In this document: in pieces, positions 44,861 through 54,560 of the stretch
Numbering within the stretch: the first letter of the stretch is position 1
Layout of the letters: each line of letters begins with the position of its first letter
From: an uncultured virus (IMG/VR IMGVR_UViG_2585427635_000006)
Lineage: Duplodnaviria; Heunggongvirae; Uroviricota; Caudoviricetes
IMG/VR virus record: IMGVR_UViG_2585427635_000006
Length of the DNA: 64,000 nucleotides
Strand: one strand, 5' to 3'
Position numbers and translations under genes: made by a program
The notes under the pieces: generated by a model
The model's database searches: none
Seen by the model: only the letters and a program-made list of their open reading frames with translations
What the model was told of the DNA's origin: nothing

Positions 44861-46522
44861 TCACGCGGCCTGCTTGATGGCGGTGCGGGATGAAGCGTCG
44901 GACAACACCTGTTTCAAGGCATGACAGATCGCAGGAAATTCAGCAGCGGCGTACCACTTGGTGGCGCGTTCGGTGCCGATGGGGACAAAACCCAGTGACG
45001 CTAATCCATCGGCATTGATGGATAGTGGGGCAATCAATGCATTGATATCGCCCAGCGTGATGAGGTGGCCTGTGGATGCTGGGGTGGTTGCAGTGGTTGC
45101 AGTGGTTGCAGTGGTTGCAGTGGATTCGGTGGAGAAGTGGGCTGTTGGCGAGGTGGGTAATGGCGTTGCTTCGACGGTGTTCTGGCGCTCGCGTTGGGCT
45201 TGGATGCGTGCCTGTTCCTGCTGCTGATGATCGGCAATGCGGGCAAGGATCAGGTTGCGCAGGTCATCGGGTGTTTTGCTGATGCATAGACTCACCCTGT
45301 CTGGAAACAGGGAGCGGTAAGCCGCGTCACATGCTTCCATCACGGTGATATTGGCGCGCACCCGTTCCACGTGGGCAGTGATGTTGATCTTCTCGTGCGC
45401 CACGGCGGCGCTCACAGCCTCCTGCATGCTGATCATCGACTTCTTGCCTTTGATGGTGTCACCGATCTTTGCAGGCAAATCAGCCGGAATCGGTAGGGCA
45501 TACTCCTCTAACCTCGCGTTGAGGCTGGCGTAGTAGTCACGCAGGGTCTTCAGGCCGGTGTGGACAATCTCAGTACGGCGGTGATCTTTCTCGGTTTTCA
45601 CCAAGCGATCCAACTCCAGACGGACGCGGCGGGTTTCTTCGGCAATCTCGTCCAAGGTACGGAAGACGGCATCAATGTCGGTGGTTTGTCCTAATACCTG
45701 TTGTTTGGTGGCGTCTAGGCGCGTCTCGACGCCTTTGCACCATTTCACGGTGTGTTCTGCGTTGGCAAAATCCTCATCGGTGCGCAGGTCACGGTTGATG
45801 TTGTGCAATACGGCCAGTGCGCAGGCTTTGAAGTGCGGCAGGTTGGAGGTGGTCACCGTTCCTGTGACTGCAATATGCAATGCCGGTAGTTGCTCTGGTG
45901 AACGCCCCAAGGCCGCAGGCGGTGGTGGTGGCTCAGGCTGGTAGGTGGCGATGTCCGCTTGCAGTTGTTGCCATCCGTTGATGATGCGGGTACGTAATTC
46001 GGGGTTGGGGGTGTACCAGCAATGACGTTCTTCTATGAGCTGTTCACCGTTCCAGGCCGAGGCCATGAACAGGACACGTTGGGCACCGGACACCATGCTC
46101 TGGTGTTCCATCTGTATTTGATAATGTAATGGCAGGTCTTGGCCGGTGCTGCCGTCTGTCATGGCGGCGCGAATCGTGTCATTGAGTTGCTTGTGTTCCC
46201 AGACGGTGTCTTCCAGCAAGGTCAAGCCGTCGAAGCTGGCCGAATACATGTCATCGACACCAACACAGGGATACAGGTCATCACCGATGATGCGTTCTGC
46301 CAAGGGGCGTGCCAGTTCTTCAACGCGATGACCCTCAGCAAAACGTTGTAACGTGGCTTGGTCATAGTCGGGGGTGATCCCCGTGGCGCGTTCCCGTATC
46401 GGTTCGGCACGGCTTTTATAGGGGCTGCATCCCATCATGGCCGGTGCGTCGCTGGCATTGAGATACTGGGCGCGGTGGGTGTGCCATTGCGGGGTGCCTT
46501 GGGTCAGTTCAATGATGTTCAT
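44861..46522 (-). CDS. YqaJ-family recombination exonuclease
   Basis: W...R...LNAS, ASFDG, EHK, Y..Q..HQ motifs. Confidence 0.9.
   Translation of the reverse strand: MNIIELTQGTPQWHTHRAQYLNASDAPAMMGCSPYKSRAEPIRERATGITPDYDQATLQRFAEGHRVEELARPLAERIIGDDLYPCVGVDDMYSASFDGLTLLEDTVWEHKQLNDTIRAAMTDGSTGQDLPLHYQIQMEHQSMVSGAQRVLFMASAWNGEQLIEERHCWYTPNPELRTRIINGWQQLQADIATYQPEPPPPPAALGRSPEQLPALHIAVTGTVTTSNLPHFKACALAVLHNINRDLRTDEDFANAEHTVKWCKGVETRLDATKQQVLGQTTDIDAVFRTLDEIAEETRRVRLELDRLVKTEKDHRRTEIVHTGLKTLRDYYASLNARLEEYALPIPADLPAKIGDTIKGKKSMISMQEAVSAAVAHEKINITAHVERVRANITVMEACDAAYRSLFPDRVSLCISKTPDDLRNLILARIADHQQQEQARIQAQRERQNTVEATPLPTSPTAHFSTESTATTATTATTATTPASTGHLITLGDINALIAPLSINADGLASLGFVPIGTERATKWYAAAEFPAICHALKQVLSDASSRTAIKQAA
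45084..45123. repeat. In-frame 9-bp tandem repeat (GTGGTTGCA)x4
   Basis: Direct reading; encodes a Thr/Ala linker. Confidence 0.9.
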
Positions 46523-47445
46523 GTGTTTTCTTCCGTGTGAGTGGTGTTGCTTTCCTGTGGGATGTTGTCTGTAGGCACAGGCTCAGCACTGGTGTCTTCT
46601 GCGCAGGCGCGAATGGCGGTGAGTTGCTCTGGGGTTAATTGGCCTTTGTCTTTGCTATGCAGCATCGTGATGATGCGATCTGCCGTGGTTTTTCCTGATT
46701 CAATCAGGTCACACCATTTTGGAAAATTCTTTTCAAATTCTTCTTGTGGGTAAGGGCCGCTGATTTCTCTGATGTCTTTGTTAACGGGGATGGGAGCAGC
46801 ATGGATCGTTTCGCCCTCAATCGTGTGTCGTCCGGCATCCATTTCCTCAGCCGTCGGTTGAGCGCCCACGGCTTCTGGGAATGCCTTACGTAATGCCAAG
46901 GCTTCAGCGCATTTCTCCAACTGTCCAAAGGGACGTTTTTGCCACATGCTGTTAGGGGCGGGGCTGTCTTTTCTTGCGGTGGCATAGGCTTCCAGCCAAT
47001 ACACGGTTGCGGCAAACCGGACGCGTTCACCAGCAACCATGCGGTACACCGCAATGCGGCACCATGACGGATAGCGTATCTGCACGCCGCCCAGTGTTTC
47101 GCAGACGGTGTCTCCAAACACGGCTTCATCTTGTCCGGCGTATTCGCCGGTGCGGTGTGCCTTGGTTCGATACAGTTCGATCCCGGGCATGATCACATCG
47201 CGCATGCCTGCCGATGACATAACGCGCCCATCGACTTTCTTTTCTGGAATCCACATCGGCACGATGTGAACGGGTTTTGTCATCGGGTCTAAATCAGCCG
47301 CTTGGCAATAGGCCAACACCATATCGACAGAGGTATCTGAAGCCCCAGGATAAAGACTGGTTTTCAATGCGGTACGGATCGACTGCCGGTATTCGGCTGT
47401 CATAGGCATGGCATTGTTTGGTTTGATGACAGACAGGGAGTTCAT
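46519..47445 (-). CDS. bet: Phage recombination protein Bet
   Basis: YC....LDP..K.VH.V, GI..YR..A.R.G, W...P..QL.KCAEA.ALRKAFP. Confidence 0.9.
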   Translation of the reverse strand: MNSLSVIKPNNAMPMTAEYRQSIRTALKTSLYPGASDTSVDMVLAYCQAADLDPMTKPVHIVPMWIPEKKVDGRVMSSAGMRDVIMPGIELYRTKAHRTGEYAGQDEAVFGDTVCETLGGVQIRYPSWCRIAVYRMVAGERVRFAATVYWLEAYATARKDSPAPNSMWQKRPFGQLEKCAEALALRKAFPEAVGAQPTAEEMDAGRHTIEGETIHAAPIPVNKDIREISGPYPQEEFEKNFPKWCDLIESGKTTADRIITMLHSKDKGQLTPEQLTAIRACAEDTSAEPVPTDNIPQESNTTHTEENT

Positions 47446-47460
47446 GGCAGCTTCGCTCTG

Positions 47461-48282
47461 TTAAAGGGATGGGGAGAATGTGCCAATGGTCAGCGTGGCG
47501 TGTCCTTCAAGCGCACGAAACAACACGCTTTTAAAATCCTGGGCGATCGCTTCCTGCTGTGCTTGGCGCTGTATAAGGCGCAGTGCGATGAGTGGCTTTT
47601 CTTTTTCTTCGTCGGTAAATACGGACAGCCGTAGCAGGAATCTGCGTTCCGGTAATCCAAGATACGGCTGGGTCCTGAAGGTAAAACCAATCGGTAAGCC
47701 AAGAGATGATTTGGCTTCGATATCATCGAACTTAGAGCGTGATGTATTGAATTCGCCCTGAGTTGATTCTGACTCTGAGGTTTTCTTGATCGTTAATTTG
47801 CGAATCGCGTTAATCGCGGTCGTCAGCGGTAGTTCATCAAGGCTTTCTTGTGATGTGGCCGACAGCAGCGGTGCCCAATCTTCCAGGAAATCAATCAACT
47901 TCCGCTGATTGAGTGTTTTACCGTCAATATCCAGCAGTGCTTTGTAAGCCGCTGTGGGGTTAAGGGTGAGCGTGGCTGTCCAGTCGCCATGACCGGGTGA
48001 TTCTGTTGTACCGAGATTGAAAAATATCTTGGCACTGAGATTTTCTGCATTAATAAAACCTTCGCCATTTCCTTTTGTCTTGATGTACTGCACGAAGTCG
48101 GTAATAGATTGGGTTTTCATTTCTCCACGGAAACGCGAGCGTAATGTGTAGAGAGATTCGAGATTTCTGATGTCATAGTTATCTGGAATCGCCACCGCGA
48201 TATCCTGTAATGCAGGCGGTAAACGGAATTTATTAGCATCAATGGCGGTTTGTTGAATATGTTCTATGGCTGTTTTGTCCAT
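47461..48282 (-). CDS. DUF2303 (YfdQ-like) phage protein
   Basis: R.RFRG...T.SI.DF, FNLG...PGH, Q..L..FLEDW. Confidence 0.82.
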   Translation of the reverse strand: MDKTAIEHIQQTAIDANKFRLPPALQDIAVAIPDNYDIRNLESLYTLRSRFRGEMKTQSITDFVQYIKTKGNGEGFINAENLSAKIFFNLGTTESPGHGDWTATLTLNPTAAYKALLDIDGKTLNQRKLIDFLEDWAPLLSATSQESLDELPLTTAINAIRKLTIKKTSESESTQGEFNTSRSKFDDIEAKSSLGLPIGFTFRTQPYLGLPERRFLLRLSVFTDEEKEKPLIALRLIQRQAQQEAIAQDFKSVLFRALEGHATLTIGTFSPSL

Positions 48283-48303
48283 GAATCAGCTCCTTTTTTC
48301 AGT

Positions 48304-48681
48304 TTATTTAATGGGTGATGACTCGTTTTTTTCAGCGAACAATTGCTGTTGTGTCTCTGGGATGAGCGTTAATTTGCCGCGTGCCCCGACATACATTGGC
48401 GTGCTGGTGGTGTCTTCCTCTATGACTTTTCCGCGTTCCTTGGGTTCAACGTATTTCAAGGTGTGATCGATCATGACTTGCGAGGATTCGCCAATGGGCT
48501 TGATTTTTAAGCTGAGCGTGACTTCACCTTGTTTACGGGTGTAGCTGATGGCCAACGCCACATCACTCAGCGCTTTTGCAAATTTTTGGGCGAGCACTCC
48601 GCCATCTGCGACTTCAAATAGGTGTTCGAGGTCTGTTAACGATGTTCTTTCTGTAGTGATAGACATGGTGTCCTCCAGCAA
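48304..48681 (-). CDS. Conserved phage hypothetical protein
   Basis: DGG...K...ALS.VA, TPMYV..G.L; precedes DUF2303. Confidence 0.75.
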   Translation of the reverse strand: MLEDTMSITTERTSLTDLEHLFEVADGGVLAQKFAKALSDVALAISYTRKQGEVTLSLKIKPIGESSQVMIDHTLKYVEPKERGKVIEEDTTSTPMYVGARGKLTLIPETQQQLFAEKNESSPIK

Positions 48682-48686
48682 TGGTG

Positions 48687-48878
48687 TTAGTGCTTGATCA
48701 GGGTTGAAGAAAGCGTTTTAGCGGCTTCGTAGTGCGCGCGACGAACGCGGTAATTGGCGATGCGTAGTGCATTGGGCATTGCTCGGGTATCGCGCAAAAT
48801 GCAGTGGGCTAACCCAGGGTGCGCGTCGTAATTGCAACGTGCAGCGTGTTGTTCTTTCGGTGTGCGATAGCGGTTCAT
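48687..48878 (-). CDS. Small hypothetical protein (paralog of 8746-8937)
   Basis: Near identity to the prophage 1 copy. Confidence 0.65.
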   Translation of the reverse strand: MNRYRTPKEQHAARCNYDAHPGLAHCILRDTRAMPNALRIANYRVRRAHYEAAKTLSSTLIKH

Positions 48879-48901
48879 GAGTAGGGTTTTCCTGTGTCAG
48901 A

Positions 48902-49093
48902 TCACGCCGCACGTGGCGGGCTGGGATGCGTGTTGTTTCGCATCGCTTTGCGGTGAATGGCTGTGACGGCAATAACGGCTGGGAATCCAAAGCGCCGGTA
49001 GGCGTCAGACTTCGCCTCAACAGTTTTATGAAACAGGCCGGTATAGGTGTACACACCCTGCTTGGTGCGTGCGGTGATGGCGCAAGGAATCAT
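48902..49093 (-). CDS. Small hypothetical protein (paralog of 8961-9152)
   Basis: Identical MIPCAITAR... ORF. Confidence 0.65.
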   Translation of the reverse strand: MIPCAITARTKQGVYTYTGLFHKTVEAKSDAYRRFGFPAVIAVTAIHRKAMRNNTHPSPPRAA

Positions 49094-49491
49094 GCGTATT
49101 CCTCCTGCATGGCATCGCTCCACATCGCGTGAAAGCATTCTGATTCGCGGCGCATTTCTTCCTTGACGTCCTGCGCAGCAAGGATGCGCAGTTGTTCCAT
49201 GCGTGCGAGTCCTTGCACTTCGGCCAGTGCGTAAAGACGGGCTAATACATCGCTGTCGCTTAACTGATCCGAAGGCAGGGCATGTAAATCCGCTAAAACG
49301 ATTTCCATCTCTTTGTAATGGGCCTCCGATAACGTACCGGCCACCCATTCATCGGCTTCTTCGATTTTTTCTGGGTCGCTTAAATAGTCTTGAACGCGAG
49401 CATTAACCCGTTCTGCGAAATACTCTTTAGCATCGTCTTGCGGTGGTTGCAGGCGTGGGTCGTTGTAGCTGCTGTAGCCAATGCCAGTCAT
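49090..49491 (-). CDS. Acidic hypothetical phage protein
   Basis: Coupled ORF; its ends match those of ORF 9149-9994. Confidence 0.72.
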   Translation of the reverse strand: MTGIGYSSYNDPRLQPPQDDAKEYFAERVNARVQDYLSDPEKIEEADEWVAGTLSEAHYKEMEIVLADLHALPSDQLSDSDVLARLYALAEVQGLARMEQLRILAAQDVKEEMRRESECFHAMWSDAMQEEYA

Positions 49492-49959
49492 GACGCACCT
49501 GCCTTTGGTGTAGCAGTGGCATCAGTACGCATCTGGCCCGCGCACAGCGCGGACGTGAAGCCATCTACGGCGGTCTTCTATTCTTTTATTGCCAGTACCG
49601 AACTCAAAAGCCCATGCTTTGGTTTCCGGTTCTTTTTTGCACGGGGTGCAGGTCCAGAACCACTTTTCATTAGCAGGCCAACAGGTATCTACGAGGCCAA
49701 TAGACATCGCCTCTTCAATCTCAGGCACCCGCCAATCTGTGTGCCCACCGAGGGTTAACTCGCGGCAAACCTTTTTCGCTCCTGATCTTCTAAGCAGGTT
49801 CCCGAATCCTGCGGCGTGGCGGCTATCAAGGGCGTGTGCTGTCCACTCAAGCCCTTTATGCTCATCACGCGTAATGATGTGGTTGCCGTCTTCGTCGTAG
49901 ATTTTGGTGAACCTAGCGCCCCCTGGGGTGGGGGCGTATCCGAAGGACGCGGTGATCAT
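49488..49959 (-). CDS. DUF1566-like protein; apparent extra base near 49538 truncates the tail
   Basis: GLEW, DWRVP.IEE, WTCT, AW..F, VRAVRG; the paralog's tail QMRTDATATPKAG lies in a shifted frame. Confidence 0.72.
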
Positions 49960-50489
49960 GCGGCCACCCCCATGCTTTCAGCGGCTTCGTATGTAGCTAA
50001 AGCGGCACGAGCAGCAGCAAAAGCAGCATCACGCGCTTCTTCGTCTTTAGCGGCGTCGTACGCAGCACATGTTTCTTTTTTAGCGGCTTCGAGCGCAGCA
50101 CGAGCAGCAGCAACCTTTATCTGTGGGTACAGCGAATGGAAGGGATGCACGTGTATGAGGCGATCCCTCGAATACCCTTTCACTACGTAGCCGATATCAA
50201 GGGCCTTAAAGCAGTCAAGCAGCAGCGGGCTAAACCCTGCTTCACTGATGGCATGGATAAAGATCCCTTTTTCTGAGTTCACTATTAACGGTGCTTCCGT
50301 ATAGAAAACAGGTTGCAGCTCTTCGCCCTTTGCGTCTTTGATGCCGTTCCGGAAGAACAGCGGTACTTGTTCGATCACGCGGGCGGCTTCGGCGGCTTTG
50401 TAGTCTGCTTTCGTCCAGATGCTTTTATCGATCACGCAATCTGACCCGTTAGGGTTGTATTCCACTGGGCCGTAGGTATCTGATGCCAT
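49956..50489 (-). CDS. First early leftward gene, Ala-rich tail
   Basis: Same leader and RBS as 10455-10877. Confidence 0.68.
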   Translation of the reverse strand: MASDTYGPVEYNPNGSDCVIDKSIWTKADYKAAEAARVIEQVPLFFRNGIKDAKGEELQPVFYTEAPLIVNSEKGIFIHAISEAGFSPLLLDCFKALDIGYVVKGYSRDRLIHVHPFHSLYPQIKVAAARAALEAAKKETCAAYDAAKDEEARDAAFAAARAALATYEAAESMGVAA

Positions 50490-50548
50490 TTTGATATCTC
50501 CTTGCCCCTGCCGCTGGTTGCGGGTGTCGTGGGGCGATGTGGAGATAT

Positions 50549-50588
50549 TAAGCCTAAAGCTAAATTTACGTAAATAGCCAAAGGCTAA
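50549..50588. promoter_or_regulatory. OL operators of prophage 2
   Basis: TAAGCCTAAAGCTAA 50549 and ATAGCCAAAGGCTAA 50574 match the OR sites. Confidence 0.75.
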
Positions 50589-50711
50589 ATAATGGAGTGT
50601 GAATGATCGTACGTATAAATAAAATAAGAAAATCCCACTGACCGCTATTTACTATTAGGCTATGCTTATAGGTGAACAATTAGGGTGGGCCTAGTTTTCA
50701 GCTAAATAATG

Positions 50712-50742
50712 AAAAACCCCGCGCTAGCGGGGTTTGTGTTTT
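50712..50742. terminator. Intrinsic terminator
   Basis: Same hairpin as 11081-11112. Confidence 0.8.
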
Positions 50743-50758
50743 CAAGGGCAATTGATGA

Positions 50759-51199
50759 TTAAGGCTGCTTAGCCGCCTGCGGTGGCGGCTGCAATGCCTG
50801 AGCAGGAAGTTGGATGATGATGGGAGCGGACTGAGCCGGTAACGCTTGATAGCTCCCCTTGATGCTGCTGACCACGAAGCCACCAACACCAAGAATGCCT
50901 GCGAAAAGGGCTAATACCGTGGCGAGCATCCATGTCCGATTTTCTTTTTGAGCCTTCTCGAAATCAGCACGCAACTCACCCGCCGACTTGTTTAAGTCTG
51001 CCCGCAATTCACCGGCTGACTTGTTTAAGTCGGCCAGTAGTTCACCCGCCGACTTGTTTAAGTCAGCCCGCAAGCTTTCAACATCGGCCTTGGTGGCAAG
51101 TGTGGGGATGATGGTTTCAAGTTGAACTATACGTGCTTCCATGCTGGCATCATGGGACAGATTGCCGTCGCCCGCAAGTGATGAACTTTCCAGCGTCAA
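50759..51199 (-). CDS. Coiled-coil/TM protein (paralog of 11129-11536) with three 11-aa repeats
   Basis: Direct comparison with the prophage 1 copy. Confidence 0.72.
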   Translation of the reverse strand: MTLESSSLAGDGNLSHDASMEARIVQLETIIPTLATKADVESLRADLNKSAGELLADLNKSAGELRADLNKSAGELRADFEKAQKENRTWMLATVLALFAGILGVGGFVVSSIKGSYQALPAQSAPIIIQLPAQALQPPPQAAKQP

Positions 51200-51369
51200 A
51201 TACGGAATTTTTTGCTTCCTTCCGCAGCACCATGCTTCATACCGTTTTTAATGCGGGCTATCTGGCGTGAATTTCTTTCCTTGACTTCAACAACTTCAGA
51301 GACAAGGCCAAGCACCGCCCTTCTCACCTTAGAGGATTCTTCATGTTTTCTATACCTCACGTTTCCCAT
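51196..51369 (-). CDS. 57-aa basic protein
   Basis: Hand translation MGNVRYRKHEESSKVRRAVLGLVSEVV...KKFRI; homolog at 11533. Confidence 0.55.
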   Translation of the reverse strand: MGNVRYRKHEESSKVRRAVLGLVSEVVEVKERNSRQIARIKNGMKHGAAEGSKKFRI

Positions 51370-51387
51370 AAAAAAACTTCTAGACTC

Positions 51388-51756
51388 TTATAAAAGCGAT
51401 TGGTCATTGGCATCTTGACGCACAGCGGCCAATTGCTTGAGCAACTCTGGGAGCGCTGATTGCACGGTATCCCACACCACGTCAAGGTTAATTTCAAAGT
51501 AGCCATGAGCGATGCGATTACGCATGCCGCGCATACTCCGCCAAGGTACCTGATCATGTGCCTGGGTAAACTCGGCATAGCGATCCATCACCTTTGTGAC
51601 GGCTTCACCAATGATAATAAGGCTCATGATGACGGCTTGCTGGGTTCGTTTGTCCTCAAGAAAATCCTCTTTGGCCAAACCTTCCACAAAACTACACGCA
51701 TCTGTGGCGGCCTGCTGCATGTGCTCAAGGTAATCAGGAAGTCTATTCCCACTCAT
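51388..51756 (-). CDS. HEPN (DUF86/HepT) RNase toxin
   Basis: IIGEA, PWR.MRGMRNRIAHGY (RX4H motif). Confidence 0.92.
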   Translation of the reverse strand: MSGNRLPDYLEHMQQAATDACSFVEGLAKEDFLEDKRTQQAVIMSLIIIGEAVTKVMDRYAEFTQAHDQVPWRSMRGMRNRIAHGYFEINLDVVWDTVQSALPELLKQLAAVRQDANDQSLL

Positions 51757-52043
51757 ATTGGCTGCGCTTCCGCGAGCACCTTCGCCCGGAACTTAAGCGG
51801 CAGATCGCCTGACGTTAGTACATCGACGTCAACGCCGAGTAACGATTTCAGTTCTTCTTCAAGATCGCCTAGGTCGAACAGTGTCGCACCAGGCAATGCA
51901 TCCACCAGCAGATCAATGTCGCTGCCGTCGTGGTCAGTGCCATGTAGCACCGAACCGAAAACACGCGGGTTAGCGGCGCGGAAGCGGCCTACCGCTTCAC
52001 GCACTGCGGTGCGCTTCATCTCAAGTGCAACAGAGGGGCGCAT
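51753..52043 (-). CDS. MNT nucleotidyltransferase antitoxin
   Basis: FGS...G.D...SDIDLLV motif; coupled to HEPN. Confidence 0.92.
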   Translation of the reverse strand: MRPSVALEMKRTAVREAVGRFRAANPRVFGSVLHGTDHDGSDIDLLVDALPGATLFDLGDLEEELKSLLGVDVDVLTSGDLPLKFRAKVLAEAQPI

Positions 52044-52065
52044 GGTGATCGTTCCTCATCGCAAG

Positions 52066-52605
52066 TTATGCATTTCCCCACGTCAGCCACTGAGCCGTAA
52101 CACGCTTGAACCAGGGCAGTTTGTGCGATGGGTGGTCCTTTAGATGGGCATAAGATCGCGTCACCTGGTTCTCACACAAAATATCCAAGGCAACAAAGAT
52201 AGGAGGCTCATCGCTTTCTATCTCCAGACGCTGTGCAGTCCAGGCAGAAACTTGTTCTTGCGTTGCGTCTGGATGCTTGACGATATCGGACTCAAGTTGA
52301 GAGAAGCGGCGGCGTAGGTCGCTATGGATACGGGCCATCTGTGCCGTTCCAGCCACCAGATTAATACTAGTGGCGATGGTGACGGTGACTGCTCCGGCAA
52401 CAGCCATCCACTCCACTGTGTACTTGCCGAACGAAGCAATGACGGCGGAAGCGCCCAATAGACCGATAAAAGAACTCAGCGTGTTACAGCGGTCAAAGAA
52501 CGCCATACGGCAGGAGTGATAGCGCTGTGACTTCTGGACTCCCCACAAGAGTTCCCATCGCTTGGTATGCAATTCGGTATTTTTGGTGTCCATGTCCAAT
52601 AGCAT
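52066..52605 (-). CDS. SLATT-like 2-TM protein (paralog of 11765-12283)
   Basis: Near-identical sequence. Confidence 0.7.
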   Translation of the reverse strand: MLLDMDTKNTELHTKRWELLWGVQKSQRYHSCRMAFFDRCNTLSSFIGLLGASAVIASFGKYTVEWMAVAGAVTVTIATSINLVAGTAQMARIHSDLRRRFSQLESDIVKHPDATQEQVSAWTAQRLEIESDEPPIFVALDILCENQVTRSYAHLKDHPSHKLPWFKRVTAQWLTWGNA

Positions 52606-52738
52606 AGCGCTATGGTGCTGGTCTTGCCGATCACGCGGCCAATCACATGAACTGTCTCCATCTTTTTAAGCGATGGTGAGCGGTCGCAATTAATCTACCC
52701 ATTCACCATCTGACCAGACCAAGCGCAGCAGCAACTGT

Positions 52739-53191
52739 TCATGCTCTTTTCCGAAATTCCAGCGCCGACTCTGCGTACTGTTCAATTAAGTCCACTCCCC
52801 CCGCTAGTGCTGGTGGTGCAGCGGAAAGCACTGCCGCACGCTCCCGCGTGGGAAGCAAGAGTAGGTCAATCGCCGCACGAGTTGCTGCCGTGGCTTGTTG
52901 ATATGCGGCCCATGGTACGGCGCTGGTGTTATCGGCTGACAAACTCGACTTTTCGGAGCTGTGGTCAACGTCCAGCCAGCCAAGCGGCTTTCCACATTGG
53001 ATTTCGACGAACCTAGCTGTGTCCGTACGCATTCCGCGGGGCTTTCCAGTAGCGGAATGGGCTGACCCATGTATCCACTGGCTGACTTGCGAATCAGAAC
53101 GGTCAAGCTGCTTTGCAAGCGCAGTGATTGAGCCTAGTTCTTCGGCCAACTTTGCTAAGTTTTCTCGGCGAATGTCATCTATAAGTTTCAC
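52739..53191 (-). CDS. Phage repressor with HTH but no S24 peptidase
   Basis: IRRENL...ALAKQLDRSDSQVSQW...AR.VE...G.P.GWLD; GTG start abuts the operators. Confidence 0.8.
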   Translation of the reverse strand: MKLIDDIRRENLAKLAEELGSITALAKQLDRSDSQVSQWIHGSAHSATGKPRGMRTDTARFVEIQCGKPLGWLDVDHSSEKSSLSADNTSAVPWAAYQQATAATRAAIDLLLLPTRERAAVLSAAPPALAGGVDLIEQYAESALEFRKRA

Positions 53192-53202
53192 GAGGCAATT
53201 AG

Positions 53203-53265
53203 ATTGCCTAAGGCTAATAACGTGAATTCGCTTTAGGCTTGCATTATTATTTAGCCTATAGCTAA
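53203..53265. promoter_or_regulatory. Three OR operators (15 bp, 24-bp period)
   Basis: ATTGCCTAAGGCTAA 53203, TTCGCTTTAGGCTTG 53227, TTAGCCTATAGCTAA 53251. Confidence 0.78.
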
Positions 53266-53273
53266 GTGATGTA

Positions 53274-53579
53274 ATGAACCTAACCAAGTGGACAAGCCAA
53301 GAACGCGGGCGCGCATCCCAATTGGCACGGATGCTTTCTGTAAGCTCGACGACCGTAGCCAACTGGATTTCTGGAAAAAAGCCCATCCCACCAGAACGTT
53401 GTCCGGCGATTGAGCGGGCGACAGTGCGAGCTGTGACCTGTGAAGAACTCCGCCCCGACGTGGATTGGGAATACCTGCGTGGCACAGCCGCCATAGACCA
53501 AGCGAAATCGAAATCTGGTGCAGACATCTTCGGCGCCCCCCCCACAGGCCACCTGCCGGAGGTGTCCGATGCGGCGTGA
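53274..53579 (+). CDS. Cro/YdaS-like regulator
   Basis: LARMLSVS..TV.NW..G...IP..RC.AIE.AT...VT.EELRPD. Confidence 0.9.
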   Translation: MNLTKWTSQERGRASQLARMLSVSSTTVANWISGKKPIPPERCPAIERATVRAVTCEELRPDVDWEYLRGTAAIDQAKSKSGADIFGAPPTGHLPEVSDAA

Positions 53580-54066
53580 GAAAGGCACTTTTTTTACTTC
53601 GCTGTGGGGTGCTTCTTTACGTACCCTTTTATCCATTTGTGGAGGACGATCATCCAAGCCCACCTTGCCACTTTTCTGTAAACGACCGCCACGGTCACAA
53701 GTGAAAGCCAGGAAAGACTTATTGCTTGAATTAGATTTGAGTCGAGGATTCGCAGGCAAGCCGATGCGATGGATGTTGGGGAAATCTGAAAAACCCAAAG
53801 CAACGTCAACGCAAGAAGAAGCACCCATTAACGCAGCGGCGTTGGAGCGTCGAATCTCGTTTTTATATGACATCGTTTCAAGCTTGTTGACACACATTTC
53901 GCACCTCCAAATTAGAGCTATGTCTAGTCAAGAAGCTGCTTTTCCCAGAGAACGAAAACGCAGCGAGGCAATAGAGGTGCTTAAAACCCAAGTAGATCTT
54001 TTGCTGATCCAGCATCAAGCAGAAGCTTTTAAGAAGCATCAAGAGGTCGTGGGGAAATCCCTGTGA
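53569..54066 (+). CDS. Hypothetical protein in the variable post-cro slot
   Basis: GGAGGT RBS shared with prophage 1; coding strand uncertain in its 5' half. Confidence 0.4.
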   Translation: MRREKGTFFTSLWGASLRTLLSICGGRSSKPTLPLFCKRPPRSQVKARKDLLLELDLSRGFAGKPMRWMLGKSEKPKATSTQEEAPINAAALERRISFLYDIVSSLLTHISHLQIRAMSSQEAAFPRERKRSEAIEVLKTQVDLLLIQHQAEAFKKHQEVVGKSL

Positions 54067-54126
54067 CGTGTGATGCGCTGTATTCGATCTTTCCAATGAC
54101 ATTGAATAACCCTTGGTAATGAATCT

Positions 54127-54315
54127 ATGTATGCCGATCCAACTCACATTCGTAGTCACCCTGTGAAGGTGCGTTTTAACGATGCCGAACGCGAATTGAT
54201 CCTTGCGTTGGCTCAATACAACGGGATGCAACCAGCGGCGTTAGTTCGTGAACTGGCGTTATCGGTAGCAACTGCTGCGATAAAGAATGATAAGCGGCAA
54301 GCAGACGCAGCTTGA
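54127..54315 (+). CDS. Small RHH-like regulator
   Basis: Paralog of 14011-14199. Confidence 0.7.
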   Translation: MYADPTHIRSHPVKVRFNDAERELILALAQYNGMQPAALVRELALSVATAAIKNDKRQADAA

Positions 54316-54560
54316 AGTGCCAAACCAGGCCCTTTGGAGGCCCTGTGAAGATAGATCTAACACCGACTGTTCAAAAAATATTTGAGCAATACGCACAAAT
54401 CTATGGACTGGCTTGTGTTGATGAAGCGGTAGAACACGCTGCAAAACAAGCACTAAAGGACGCTTATCTGCTACGGGCCAAGAATGGGCATTCGCCTCTT
54501 GGAAAAGGCGTGGTGATTTATTTGAAGGGACTTAAAAAGCCCTTAAGGAATCAAGAATGA
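54312..54560 (+). CDS. Hypothetical protein
   Basis: Paralog of 14196-14444. Confidence 0.6.
   Translation: MKCQTRPFGGPVKIDLTPTVQKIFEQYAQIYGLACVDEAVEHAAKQALKDAYLLRAKNGHSPLGKGVVIYLKGLKKPLRNQE

Noticed and set aside
53192..53545. N-terminal extension of the prophage 2 repressor
   Set aside because: Runs antisense through cro and the operators; the GTG at 53191 fits better
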